The notes under the pieces are model-generated. The model saw nothing but the letters and a program-made list of their open reading frames with translations, searched no databases and was not told the origin of the DNA. From Halobacteroidaceae bacterium (lineage in GTDB: Bacteria > Bacillota > Halanaerobiia > B1SED10-174), in the NCBI GenBank assembly GCA_003554145.1, contig PWFS01000009.1, forward strand, positions 1-55,475: a stretch of 55,475 nt of DNA, given 5' to 3'. Of this stretch, positions 1 to 9,164 are shown piece by piece. The translations under genes and the position numbers were made by a program. The number at the start of each line of letters is the position of its first letter. The stretch's first letter is position 1.

Positions 1-2
1 AA

Positions 3-1424
3 GAAAAAGAAGAACTCGAAGAAACAGCCCTGGAAGAAAAAACTGAAGAATCTGCTCCGGAAACAGCTGCTGTACAGGAAACAGAGCCGGAGGCAACTCC
101 AGAAAAGGCTGTTGAAGAAGAAGCAACTCCTGAAGAGGAAGAGGGGGATGTTGCTGCCGAAGAAGAAGAAATTCAAAGCCAGCAGGAAGGAGACCCTTCT
201 CCTTCTGAAGATATAGCCACTGAGGAGGAGCCTGAGGAAGAAGCGCCCCATCCAATGGAAGAGGAAGAGGCCATGCAGTATGGTCAGGATATTCAGGCCT
301 TTTCCCGGGGGCAGATAATTGACGGGAAAGTTATCGAAGTAACTGATGAAGGACTTTTTGTCGACATAGGTTCCAAAACCGAAGGATTTGTTCCTCGAAG
401 AGAAGTAGCTCAGGATCCCGTGGAAAATATTGCTGATCACGTGCAGCCTGGCCAGGATATTAAGGTTTTTTTCCTGGGAACTGATGATGATGGGGCAGCC
501 CGCCTATCCAAAAAACGTGCAGATATTGAAGAAGCCTGGAACAGGGTTACCCAGGCCCAGAAGGATCAGTCAGTAATAACCGGCAAAGCTACCAAAGTAG
601 TTAAAGGCGGTCTGGTTGTTGATGTAGGTCTCCGGGGTTTCATTCCTGCTTCCCATATCGCTATTGAGTATGTGGAGGACCTGGAGCAGTTTGTAGGCCA
701 GGAACTGGAGATGAAAGTTCTGGAGGTTGAAAAGAAGAACAATAATGTGGTTCTTTCACGGCGCAAGGTTCTGGAACAGGATCAGGAAAAGAAAAAGGGT
801 GAAACCCTGGACAGTATTGGCCAGGGCGATGTTGTAGACGGCCGTGTAACCAAGATTGTTGACTTTGGAGCTTTTATTGATATTGGCGGCATTGAAGGAT
901 TATTGCACATTTCGGAAATGTCCTGGGGAAGAATTGAGCATCCCTCCCGGGTTTTAAAAGAGGGGCAGGAAACCGAAGTTAAAGTTCTCAGCGTGGACAA
1001 AGAAGCCGAAAGAATTTCCCTTGGCCTGAAGCAAATTTTACCGGATCCCTGGGATGAGTTTGTTGATAAATACAGCGTTGGGGATCACGTGGAAGGAACT
1101 ATTACTAAAACCGTTAGCTTTGGAGCCTTTATGGAAATTGAAAATGGGATAGAAGGACTCATTCATATCTCCCAGTTGGCCCAGCGCCATGTGGAAACTC
1201 CTGATGAAGTGGTGAAAAAAGGAGATAAAGTAACTGCCAAGATAATTAATATTAATGAAAACGAGCGAAAAGTAGGGCTCAGTCTCAAGGAAATGGAAGA
1301 GGAAAAACAGAAAAAAGAAGCCAAAGAAATTACCGATCAGGCCAAAGAAGAAGGCAATATAACCATAGGAGATATGGTCGGGGATTTATTTGAAAAGGAT
1401 GAGGATGAAGAAGAAGAAAAATAG
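3..1424 (+). CDS. rpsA: 30S ribosomal protein S1 (four S1/OB repeats), 5'-partial at the window edge, preceded in frame by an acidic Glu/Pro/Ala-rich tract
   Basis: The frame of the 255..1424 ORF stays open back to nt 3 (EKEELEETALEEKTEE...). It contains four S1-type repeats: GKVIEVTDEGLFVDIGSKTEGFVP, GKATKVVKGGLVVDVGLRGFIP, GRVTKIVDFGAFIDIGGIEGLLH and GTITKTVSFGAFMEIENGIEGLIH. No good SD precedes the ATG at 255. Confidence 0.9.
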   Translation, partial: EKEELEETALEEKTEESAPETAAVQETEPEATPEKAVEEEATPEEEEGDVAAEEEEIQSQQEGDPSPSEDIATEEEPEEEAPHPMEEEEAMQYGQDIQAFSRGQIIDGKVIEVTDEGLFVDIGSKTEGFVPRREVAQDPVENIADHVQPGQDIKVFFLGTDDDGAARLSKKRADIEEAWNRVTQAQKDQSVITGKATKVVKGGLVVDVGLRGFIPASHIAIEYVEDLEQFVGQELEMKVLEVEKKNNNVVLSRRKVLEQDQEKKKGETLDSIGQGDVVDGRVTKIVDFGAFIDIGGIEGLLHISEMSWGRIEHPSRVLKEGQETEVKVLSVDKEAERISLGLKQILPDPWDEFVDKYSVGDHVEGTITKTVSFGAFMEIENGIEGLIHISQLAQRHVETPDEVVKKGDKVTAKIININENERKVGLSLKEMEEEKQKKEAKEITDQAKEEGNITIGDMVGDLFEKDEDEEEEK

Positions 1425-1450
1425 AGCCTGTAAAAGGGTTTTAACCACAA

Positions 1451-1481
1451 AAAACACCCGGGTTTAATCCGGGTGTTTTTT
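1451..1481 (+). terminator. Rho-independent terminator after rpsA
   Basis: Hairpin aaaacacccgg / gtttaat / ccgggtgtttt (11-bp stem) followed by a T-run. Confidence 0.8.
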
Positions 1482-1608
1482 ATGGAAGGGACGGAAGTCT
1501 TCCTGTAGTAAGAAAAAGCAGCAGGATTTCCGGGCAGCCTTCCTTGACGGAAAGGTTTTTTTAATTCATAATTTATTTTAAGGGAGTAAGTCAAGGGAGG
1601 AAACTACT

Positions 1609-2910
1609 GTGCCCAAAATTAAAGAGGTTTTTGCCGGGGGAACAGGGGCCAGTTATGGCCTCAAACCCGGCGATGAAATTCTAGAGATAAATGAAAAGCC
1701 TGTTCGCGATTACATCGATTTCCTTTACAGAACTGCGGAGGAAGAAATTTCCCTGCAGGTAAAAAAAGTGAATTCGGGGAAAAAAGAAAATATCAGGATA
1801 AAAAATCAAGAAGATAACCTGGGGATTACCCTGGAAGGGATCTGTTTTGATCATTTTCAGACCTGTTGCAACAAATGTATTTTTTGTTTTATCGATCAGG
1901 GAGGACCGGTCAGCCGGAAAACCTTGAAAATTAAAGATGATGATTATCGCTTTTCCTTCCTGCAGGGGAGTTTTATTACCCTGACCAACCTAAAACCCAC
2001 TGATTGGAAGCGAATTAAGGACTTAAAAATCAGCCCATTATATATTTCTGTTCACTCCACCTCGCCCGAAATTAGAGCCAGGCTGATGGGTAATGAGCAG
2101 GCAGGGAATATTAAGTCCCAGCTGGAAGATTTAACCTCTGCCGGGATTGCCCTGCACACGCAAATAGTGATTTGCCCCGGGTATAATGATGGTCCGGAAC
2201 TGGAAAAAACTTTAAAAGATCTTTATTCACTGGGAGCCAATATTCTCTCCATTGGCATAGTTCCAGTGGGACTTACCAGGTATCGGCAGGGGCTGGAAAA
2301 ACTGGAACCGGTTAAACCAGGGGAGGCCCGGAAAATTCTGGAGACAATTGACCGCTGGCAGCCTCGCTTTAAGGAGGCGACAGGTAGTCGCGTGGTTTTT
2401 GGAGCAGATGAGCTCCTGGCCCTGGCCGGAAGGGAGATTCCTTCCCCTGATTATTATGAAGATTTTCCTCAACTGGAAAATGGAATTGGAATGGCCTGCC
2501 TTTTCCGGGAGGAGAGTGAAAAAACCCTCAGGAACATTCCCAACTTAAAAGAAGCCCGGGTAGGGCTTATAACCGGGAAACTGGGGGCCTGGGCCTGGCG
2601 GCCGATCCTGGAAAAATTGCAGCAACGGGGCCTGAGCATTATTCCCCTGGTAGTAAATGAGCATTATTTTGGTGATCATATTAGTGTTTCCGGATTGATT
2701 ACGGGGAAGGATGTTTTGCTATGGGAAAAAGAAAACCTGCCCTCCTGGGTCTTCCTGCCCCGCTCCATGTTCAATGATGATCTGGAAACCCTTGATGGCT
2801 ATAAGTTTTCAGAGCTTGATAGTATTTTTGAATCCGCCCAGTTAAAACTGGCTGGGGACCTGGAGGAAATCTTGAAAAAAATTAATTTAAGTAGAGGGGA
2901 ATTGCAATGA
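1609..2910 (+). CDS. PDZ-domain plus radical-SAM-like Fe-S protein (DUF512 family), the conserved neighbour upstream of der
   Basis: GTG start 9 nt after AGGGAGG. N-terminal PDZ-like GLKPGDEILEINEKPV. CxxxCxxC motif (CCNKCIFC). The stop overlaps the der start (ATGA). Confidence 0.8.
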   Translation: MPKIKEVFAGGTGASYGLKPGDEILEINEKPVRDYIDFLYRTAEEEISLQVKKVNSGKKENIRIKNQEDNLGITLEGICFDHFQTCCNKCIFCFIDQGGPVSRKTLKIKDDDYRFSFLQGSFITLTNLKPTDWKRIKDLKISPLYISVHSTSPEIRARLMGNEQAGNIKSQLEDLTSAGIALHTQIVICPGYNDGPELEKTLKDLYSLGANILSIGIVPVGLTRYRQGLEKLEPVKPGEARKILETIDRWQPRFKEATGSRVVFGADELLALAGREIPSPDYYEDFPQLENGIGMACLFREESEKTLRNIPNLKEARVGLITGKLGAWAWRPILEKLQQRGLSIIPLVVNEHYFGDHISVSGLITGKDVLLWEKENLPSWVFLPRSMFNDDLETLDGYKFSELDSIFESAQLKLAGDLEEILKKINLSRGELQ

Positions 2911-4220
2911 AACCTGTAGTGGCAATAGTTGGGAGACCTAATGTAGGGAAATCAACTCTTTTTAACCGTCTGATCGGAGAAAGAACAGCCATTGTTGATA
3001 ATGAACCGGGCTTAACCCGGGACAGAATTTATGGAGAAGTTTTATGGAATGGAAAAAACTTTTCGATAATCGATACCGGAGGCCTCAGCCACAGTCCCCT
3101 CACCGAAATTGAACATGGGATTTATGAACAGGTTATGCTTGCTATTGCTGAAGCGGATTTTATTGTTTTCCTGGTTGACGGAAGGGCAGGAATTTTGCCC
3201 GAGGATTATGAAATTGCTTCTTTGTTGAGAAAAAAGCAAAAGAAAAACCTGCTGGTGGTTAATAAGATTGACGACTATGTGAAACAAAAAAAAGATTTAT
3301 GGGAATTTTATAACCTTGGTCTGGGGGATCCACAGGCTATTTCTGCCGAGCACGGGCAGGGGACCGGCGATATCCTGGATCTAATTGTTGAGGAAATCCC
3401 AGATAAGGAGGAAATAGAAGAGGAAGACGATTCCCTGAAAATGGCAATTATTGGACGACCTAATGTTGGGAAATCATCCCTGGTTAATTGTATCCTGGGA
3501 GAAAAAAGGGTGCTGGTTGATTCGACTCCTGGCACAACCAGGGATGCAGTAGACAGCATTTTTTCCTGGGAAGACAGGAAGTTTACCATTATTGATACAG
3601 CTGGTTTGCGCCGGCGGGGAAAAGTTGACAGGGGAGTGGAAAAGTATAGTGTTCTTCGTTCTTATCAGGCTGTTTCTCGGTCCCAGGTAGCAATTGTGGT
3701 TCTTGATGCTGGTACTGGATTAATTGAACAGGATAAAAAAGTGATCAGCGTTGCTCTGGAACAGGGTAAAGCAATTGTTCTGGCCCTTAATAAATGGGAT
3801 TTACAGCAGGGGGATAAAGATAAGATTGGAAGGAAGATTCTGGAGGATATGCCCTTTATCTCCTATGCCCCCCTGGTCTATACTTCTGCTGTTACCGGAC
3901 AGGGAATTCATTCCCTCCTGGAAACTGCAGAACTGGTAGAAGAGGAGGGGAAAAAGAGAATTAAAACCGGGGTTTTGAATGAAATACTGCAGGATGCAAT
4001 GGCCATTACTCCGCCACCCAGTAAAAAAGGCCGGGTTCCCAAAATATATTTTGGAACACAGGTAGCAGTAGGTCCACCAACTTTTGTTTTGTTTTCCAAT
4101 GAACCTCGCCTCATTCATTTTTCCTACCTGCGGTATCTGGAAAATCAAATCAGGCAGGCTTTTGGTTTTACGGGGAGTCCCATCTGGATAAAAGTCAGAA
4201 AAAGAGGTGAGGGGCGGTAA
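2907..4220 (+). CDS. der: Ribosome-associated GTPase Der/EngA (two tandem G domains plus a KH-like C-terminus)
   Basis: Two P-loops (GRPNVGKSTLFN and GRPNVGKSSLVN), two DTAG/DTGG motifs and two NKxD motifs (NKID, NKWD). Confidence 0.95.
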   Translation: MKPVVAIVGRPNVGKSTLFNRLIGERTAIVDNEPGLTRDRIYGEVLWNGKNFSIIDTGGLSHSPLTEIEHGIYEQVMLAIAEADFIVFLVDGRAGILPEDYEIASLLRKKQKKNLLVVNKIDDYVKQKKDLWEFYNLGLGDPQAISAEHGQGTGDILDLIVEEIPDKEEIEEEDDSLKMAIIGRPNVGKSSLVNCILGEKRVLVDSTPGTTRDAVDSIFSWEDRKFTIIDTAGLRRRGKVDRGVEKYSVLRSYQAVSRSQVAIVVLDAGTGLIEQDKKVISVALEQGKAIVLALNKWDLQQGDKDKIGRKILEDMPFISYAPLVYTSAVTGQGIHSLLETAELVEEEGKKRIKTGVLNEILQDAMAITPPPSKKGRVPKIYFGTQVAVGPPTFVLFSNEPRLIHFSYLRYLENQIRQAFGFTGSPIWIKVRKRGEGR

Positions 4221-5251
4221 TGAAGACAATTGCTGTTTTAGGAGGAGGAAGCTGGGGCTCTGCTCTGGCTCTGCACCTGGCCCGTCAGGGGAATAATATA
4301 AGGATTTATGAACCGGTGGCCGAACAGGTTGAGGAGATTAACCAAGAGCGAACCAATTCCCGCTATTTGAAGGGACAGAAATTCCCTGCGGGTATTGAAG
4401 CTTCAACCAAACTGGAATGGGTGACGAATAAAGCTGAAGCCATTTTGCTGGTAGTTCCCTCCCACGTGTTGGGGGAGGTAATGGATCAACTCAGTCCTCT
4501 GTTGCAAGAGGATCAGTATCTTCTTAACTGTAGTAAAGGGCTTGATGAAAAAACCCTGGAACCATTGTCCCGACTGATCAGGAGCAGGGTTTCTGCTGCC
4601 AACCAGGACCTGATAGCAGTTTTATCCGGGCCTACCCATGCGGAAGAGGTCAGCAGGGGCCTGCCTTCAGCTGCAGTTGTTGCCAGTAATAATGAACATG
4701 TGGCTCGTTATTTTCAGAATTTAATTATTGACAGTAATTTTCGAATTTATTCCAGTCCCGATGTGGTGGGGGTAGAACTGGGAGGGGCGGTCAAAAATAT
4801 AATTGCCATTGCTGCGGGTATTTGCGATGGAATGGGCTTTGGGGATAACACCAGAGCTGCTTTAATTACCCGGGGCCTCAGTGAGATAAGTCGATTGGGC
4901 CTGGCGGAGGGAGCTCAACCCCATACTTTTTCCGGACTGGCTGGCCTGGGTGATTTAATTGTAACCTGTGCCAGCAAGCATTCCCGTAACTGGAACTTCG
5001 GATTTCTCGTTGGAAAAGGAAAAACAACCGAGCAGGCATTAAAAGAGATAGATCAGACCGTGGAGGGGCTCCGGACAACAAAAAGCGTTTATCAGCTTTC
5101 CCAAAAGATTGGCGTGGAAATGCCCATTACCAAAAAGGTCTATCAGGTCTTATTTGAAGACCTTTCTCCCCGGGAAGGGGTTTATCAGTTAATGGGCCGA
5201 TTGCCCAAAGTGGAGATGGAAAACAGGAGGGATGGAACGGAGTACTGGTAA
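4220..5251 (+). CDS. gpsA: NAD(P)H-dependent glycerol-3-phosphate dehydrogenase
   Basis: N-terminal Rossmann GGGSWGSALA. Also GAVKNIIAIAAGICDG and GLGDLIVTC motifs. TAATG overlap with der. Confidence 0.95.
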   Translation: MKTIAVLGGGSWGSALALHLARQGNNIRIYEPVAEQVEEINQERTNSRYLKGQKFPAGIEASTKLEWVTNKAEAILLVVPSHVLGEVMDQLSPLLQEDQYLLNCSKGLDEKTLEPLSRLIRSRVSAANQDLIAVLSGPTHAEEVSRGLPSAAVVASNNEHVARYFQNLIIDSNFRIYSSPDVVGVELGGAVKNIIAIAAGICDGMGFGDNTRAALITRGLSEISRLGLAEGAQPHTFSGLAGLGDLIVTCASKHSRNWNFGFLVGKGKTTEQALKEIDQTVEGLRTTKSVYQLSQKIGVEMPITKKVYQVLFEDLSPREGVYQLMGRLPKVEMENRRDGTEYW

Positions 5252-5678
5252 TAAATGGAATTGAATTCTGGTTTTGGGGTTCAGATTTTTAAAAAACTGA
5301 ATTGAAAATTGTTTAATCTAATTTCAGATAGTAGGGGTTATCAGCAGATAGAAAGAAAAAAAATGTTTTTTTTTAAAAAAAATCGGGAAATTTTGGTATG
5401 GAGCGCCAATTATAATATAAGGAAGCCTTGATTTTTTTCAATGAGGTATAAAAACTTAAAAAGCCTCTTCAATAAAGGGTTTTCGGCTTTTCGAATAAAC
5501 CTTGATTCCTGAAAATTTGGTTTTATTTTTTTAAAAAAGCGGTTTTTTATGCCTGTTTTTTTTGAAAAAAACCCGGGATTGTTGAAATTATGGGATTTTT
5601 TCGCCTTTCCTTGCAGGAGTTTCCCGCCCTGTCACGAATTTTAAAGTTGGAATGGATAATTTAAGGAGGTGTAATTGC

Positions 5679-5978
5679 TTGACCAAAACAGATTTGATTG
5701 AAAAGGTTGCTGAGAAAGCTGGGATGACCAAAAAAGACGCAGGCGAAGTAGTAAACATTGTATTCGATTCTATCACTGATTTCCTGGCTGGGGAAGCCAA
5801 AAAGGCTGAGAACAAGAGAAAGAAAGTTCAAATTATCGGGTTCGGAAGCTTTGATGTAAGAGACCGGAAGCCGAGGAAAGGCCTTAACCCCCGCACTAAA
5901 GCCGAAATTAGCATTCCTGCAAAAAAGGTTCCCAATTTCAAACCTGGAAAAGCACTAAAAGAGTCAGTAGATATTTAA
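5679..5978 (+). CDS. hup: HU-family nucleoid protein; probable TTG start rather than the upstream ATG at 5652
   Basis: [21 protein letters not shown]...[43 protein letters not shown] matches the HU fold. AAGGAGG at 5663-5669 lies 9 nt upstream of the TTG at 5679. Confidence 0.9.
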   Translation: MTKTDLIEKVAEKAGMTKKDAGEVVNIVFDSITDFLAGEAKKAENKRKKVQIIGFGSFDVRDRKPRKGLNPRTKAEISIPAKKVPNFKPGKALKESVDI

Positions 5979-6054
5979 TCGCTTTATTCCTTATTACTTA
6001 TCCGGTTGTTTTTGGGGGGGGAATCCTCCTGATCAGTAGGACTGTTTTCACTGA

Positions 6055-6090
6055 GGAGGCCTCTTGGGAAAGAGAGGCCTCTTTTCTTTT
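6055..6090 (+). terminator. Rho-independent terminator after hup
   Basis: ggaggcctct / tgggaa / agaggcctc hairpin followed by ttttctttt. Confidence 0.8.
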
Positions 6091-6101
6091 CCAGCAGGAT
6101 T

Positions 6102-6130
6102 TTCAATCCAGCATATGGAATAGCTAAAAT
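6102..6130 (+). promoter_or_regulatory. Possible sigma-A promoter for the outer-membrane barrel gene
   Basis: TTCAAT, 17-nt spacer, TAAAAT. Confidence 0.35.
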
Positions 6131-6217
6131 AGTCTTGAAGAAAGGAGAAAGGGGTCAATAACCCATCACGTATGCCCTTAAGGACATTCCAGTTGGGTTT
6201 TCTGGCAAAAAAAGAAG

Positions 6218-7228
6218 ATGAAAAAATCCAGTTTTCTCATTTTGATTTTTGTTTTTTTCTGTATTATGCTTTCCTCATCTTTTTCGGCCCGGGCATTTTC
6301 TTTTTATCACGGCCGGGCTTTTGCCCTGGGGGGAGCTTACACCGGCCTGGTTGATGATTATTCTGCAATTTTATATAATCCAGCGGCACTGGGGCTTTAT
6401 GATCAAACCGGGCTGGAAATTGGATCCGCACTGGGAGGCAGGAGTAATAACCTTGTAGGAATTGTTTCCAACATCAGGAGGGTTATAGACTCCCCTCAGA
6501 AAATCATACATAAAGACTGGGGTCCGGCTACCCTGGAATACGGACATTTAACCGGTTTACGTTTCGGTCCTCTGGGGGCCGGTATATCTTTTCAGGGTAA
6601 AGGAAGCCTGGTGGATAACGAATTGCAGATCAATAATTTTTTGTCCTATAATCTGGCTTTTGCCTATCAAATTTTGGAGCCTTTTGCGGATATTGGAGCC
6701 CTGGCGGTAGGGATTAACGCCCGTTATGTTGAAGGGGTCAACCATAGTTACTGGCTGGAGGAGGAAACTGGTGATTACGGAGAGAAAATCACCACCCTGG
6801 GCAGTGGACTTGGCGCCGATCTGGGGATTATGATCAAATTAACCGATATGATAAATATTGGAGCCCGGATTGAAAATGCAATTAAGCCTTTTTCTTCCGC
6901 CAGTAACGAATACAATAGAGGATTAGAAAGGATCTTTACAGTAGGAGCAGGGATCAATTTGCCCCTGGTTGGTTTAACTGCTACCACCGATATCAGCACC
7001 ATCCCCCACAGTAGTGGAACTGCTTTTCGAGGTGGGGTAGAGCAAAGGTTGTTATTTGGGCTGCTGGCTCTGCGAGCAGGCCTGGCCCAGGAGGGCCCGG
7101 GTCAGCGCTTTTACTCTGGAGGGTTAGGGTTAAAAGTGGGGCCCCTGCAGGCGGATCTGGCCCTGGGATTTGAAGAAGGGGCCTGGAGAGAACCCAGCGC
7201 TGTTCTGGGGGTCAGCGCCAGTTTTTAA
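6218..7228 (+). CDS. Secreted FadL/PorV-like outer-membrane beta-barrel protein
   Basis: Signal peptide MKKSSFLILIFVFFCIMLSSSFSARA. N-terminal ALGGAYTGLVDDYSAILYNPAAL (NPA hatch-like motif). Gly/aromatic-rich alternating strands. C-terminal beta-signal ...AVLGVSASF ending in Phe. Confidence 0.7.
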   Translation: MKKSSFLILIFVFFCIMLSSSFSARAFSFYHGRAFALGGAYTGLVDDYSAILYNPAALGLYDQTGLEIGSALGGRSNNLVGIVSNIRRVIDSPQKIIHKDWGPATLEYGHLTGLRFGPLGAGISFQGKGSLVDNELQINNFLSYNLAFAYQILEPFADIGALAVGINARYVEGVNHSYWLEEETGDYGEKITTLGSGLGADLGIMIKLTDMINIGARIENAIKPFSSASNEYNRGLERIFTVGAGINLPLVGLTATTDISTIPHSSGTAFRGGVEQRLLFGLLALRAGLAQEGPGQRFYSGGLGLKVGPLQADLALGFEEGAWREPSAVLGVSASF

Positions 7229-7255
7229 GACAAATTTAAGGAGGGAATTGACTTA

Positions 7256-8329
7256 ATGAAAGCCAACATGGAATTACTGCAGAAAATTACCACCGTTCCC
7301 GGGGTTCCGGGTTATGAGGATCAGGTCCGGGGGTTAATCAGCCGGGAAATGGAAGGCTGGGCTGAAATATCTACCGATAAATTGGGAAGTATTATCTGTA
7401 AAAAAGAAGGGCAAAAAAAAGCCCCCCGTATTATGATCAGCGGGCACATGGATGAAGTTGGTTTTATGGTAAAGAATATTAATGAAAAAGGATTTCTTTC
7501 ATTTTCACCCCTGGGGGGCTGGTGGAATCAGGTTCTTCTGGCTCAACAGGTGCAGGTTTTTTCCCATAAAGGACCGGTAGTTGGGATAATCGGATCTAAA
7601 CCACCTCATGTTCTGGAAGATGAAGAAAAAAAGAAACCTGTTGAAATCAAGGACATGTTTATTGATGTGGGAACCACCAGTAAAGAGGAAACCCTGGAAC
7701 TGGGAATAAAACCCGGGGATCCTATTGTCCCCTACAGCGAATTTAAGGTTATGGGAAACGGGGATTCCCTGATGGCCAAAGCCTGGGATGACAGGGTTGG
7801 CTGTGCTCTTTTTATGCAACTAATTAAGGAGTTGAAAGATAGAGAGCATCCCAATACTGTTCTGGGAGTAGGTTCAGTACAGGAGGAAGTGGGCCTGCGC
7901 GGGGCACAGACCAGCGCTCAGCTTCTTCAGCCCGATCTGGGCTTTGCCCTGGAAGTTGGAATTGCCGGGGATGTTCCCGGGGTAAAAGAATATCAGGCCC
8001 AGGAAAAATTAGGCCAGGGACCGGTTGTTTTTTTACTGGACCGTTCTATGATACCCAATACCCGTCTGCGGGATTTTGTAATGGAAACTTCTGGGGAACT
8101 GGGAATTCCATATCAGGTGGATATTATGGAGAGGGGCGGAACTGATGCAGGAAAAATTCACCTGGTAGGTCAGGGAATACCTTCTCTGGTTTTAGCAGTT
8201 CCATCCCGGCATATTCACAGCCACTATAGTATTATCAGCAAAAAGGACTATGAGTTGACTCTGCAATTGCTGGTGGAAGTTGTTTGCCGCCTGGATGAAA
8301 AACAGGTAGCCAGTTTTACCTCCTATTGA
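7256..8329 (+). CDS. M42 family metallo-aminopeptidase (FrvX/YsdC/TET-like)
   Basis: Motifs HMDEVGF, WDDRVGC, QEEVGLRGA, GGTDAG and RHIHS. AAGGAGGG RBS. Confidence 0.9.
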   Translation: MKANMELLQKITTVPGVPGYEDQVRGLISREMEGWAEISTDKLGSIICKKEGQKKAPRIMISGHMDEVGFMVKNINEKGFLSFSPLGGWWNQVLLAQQVQVFSHKGPVVGIIGSKPPHVLEDEEKKKPVEIKDMFIDVGTTSKEETLELGIKPGDPIVPYSEFKVMGNGDSLMAKAWDDRVGCALFMQLIKELKDREHPNTVLGVGSVQEEVGLRGAQTSAQLLQPDLGFALEVGIAGDVPGVKEYQAQEKLGQGPVVFLLDRSMIPNTRLRDFVMETSGELGIPYQVDIMERGGTDAGKIHLVGQGIPSLVLAVPSRHIHSHYSIISKKDYELTLQLLVEVVCRLDEKQVASFTSY

Positions 8330-8358
8330 ATTGATTATTTGGGAGGGAGGAGTTTGGA

Positions 8359-8883
8359 ATGAATGCTGCTAATTTTTTAACCGGCCTGCGCCTGGCCCTG
8401 ATCCCGGTCCTGGTTTATATTTTGATGGCTGAAGTGGGAAATTACCGCCTTATTGCCGGTATTCTCCTGGTCTTTTCAGCCCTGACCGACCTTTTTGATG
8501 GGATTGTGGCCCGCAAATATAATATGGTTACTGATCTGGGTCGGATTCTTGATCCCATTGCAGATAAATTAACCCTGATTGCAATTTTCTTTGTCCTGCT
8601 TTTTAAGGAAATAATTCCCCTGGGGGCAGGAGTGGTTATTATTATCCGGGAGGGGGGGCTTTTTCTGGCCTCTTCCATTCTTTTTCTTACCGGAAAAGAT
8701 ATGATTCACCCCACCAGCTTTGGAAAATTTACTGCACTGTTCCTGTATGTGGTGGCAGTCATAAATATTTTTGATTTACCTGCCCTGGGTACCCCGCTGA
8801 TCTGGATAGCTGCAGTGCTGGCAGTTGCTTCAGCCCTTGATTATTTTCGTATCGCCTGGCTGAAACTGCGAAAAGCCCGATAA
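8359..8883 (+). CDS. pgsA: CDP-alcohol phosphatidyltransferase (phosphatidylglycerophosphate synthase-like)
   Basis: DLFDGIVARKYNMVTDLGRILDPIADK matches D-G-x2-A-R-x8-G-x3-D-x3-D. Polytopic membrane protein. Confidence 0.85.
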   Translation: MNAANFLTGLRLALIPVLVYILMAEVGNYRLIAGILLVFSALTDLFDGIVARKYNMVTDLGRILDPIADKLTLIAIFFVLLFKEIIPLGAGVVIIIREGGLFLASSILFLTGKDMIHPTSFGKFTALFLYVVAVINIFDLPALGTPLIWIAAVLAVASALDYFRIAWLKLRKAR

Positions 8884-8901
8884 AAAAATCGGGCTTTTTT
8901 T
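8872..8901 (+). terminator. Rho-independent terminator after pgsA
   Basis: aaagcccga / taaaaaaa / tcgggcttt followed by a T-run. Confidence 0.75.
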
Positions 8902-8908
8902 ATTTCCC

Positions 8909-8937
8909 TTGAAGGAAAAAAATGGAATTAATAGAAT
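8909..8937 (+). promoter_or_regulatory. Possible sigma-A promoter firing into the pgsA-mtaD gap
   Basis: TTGAAG, 17-nt spacer, TAGAAT. No ORF with a canonical start and SD follows. Confidence 0.35.
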
Positions 8938-9050
8938 ATATTAGTAGAGGCTTCAAAAGTTGGGTCTTCAGGGCAGACTGGGAAAGGGATCAGGAGGGGG
9001 TCTTTTTCCCGGCCAGGCTAAAATTACTGGGGACCCTTCTTTTTTCCCCG

Positions 9051-9078
9051 AAAAAAAAAGGACCCCTTTTGCAAGGGG
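9051..9078 (-). terminator. Minus-strand Rho-independent terminator (second, backup)
   Basis: Minus strand reads cccctt-gcaa-aagggg, then tcc, then T9. Confidence 0.5.
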
Positions 9079-9122
9079 CTTAGAAAGGAGGATTGATAAG
9101 GAGGAATTAATTCTTTTAAATT

Positions 9123-9164
9123 CCAACAAAACAAAAGCCTGTTTCTCACCTCTGAGAAAAAGGC
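9123..9164 (-). terminator. Minus-strand Rho-independent terminator of the candidate sRNA
   Basis: Minus strand reads gcctttttctca-gagg-tgagaaacaggc (11 bp plus one mismatch) followed by ttttgttttgtt. Confidence 0.6.

Noticed and set aside
5652-5678. ATG at 5652 as the hup start (track [13 protein letters not shown]...)
   Set aside because: The AAGGAGG SD lies inside this extension, and homologs start at the M/L-x-K-T-[DE]-L-I position. The TTG at 5679 fits much better.
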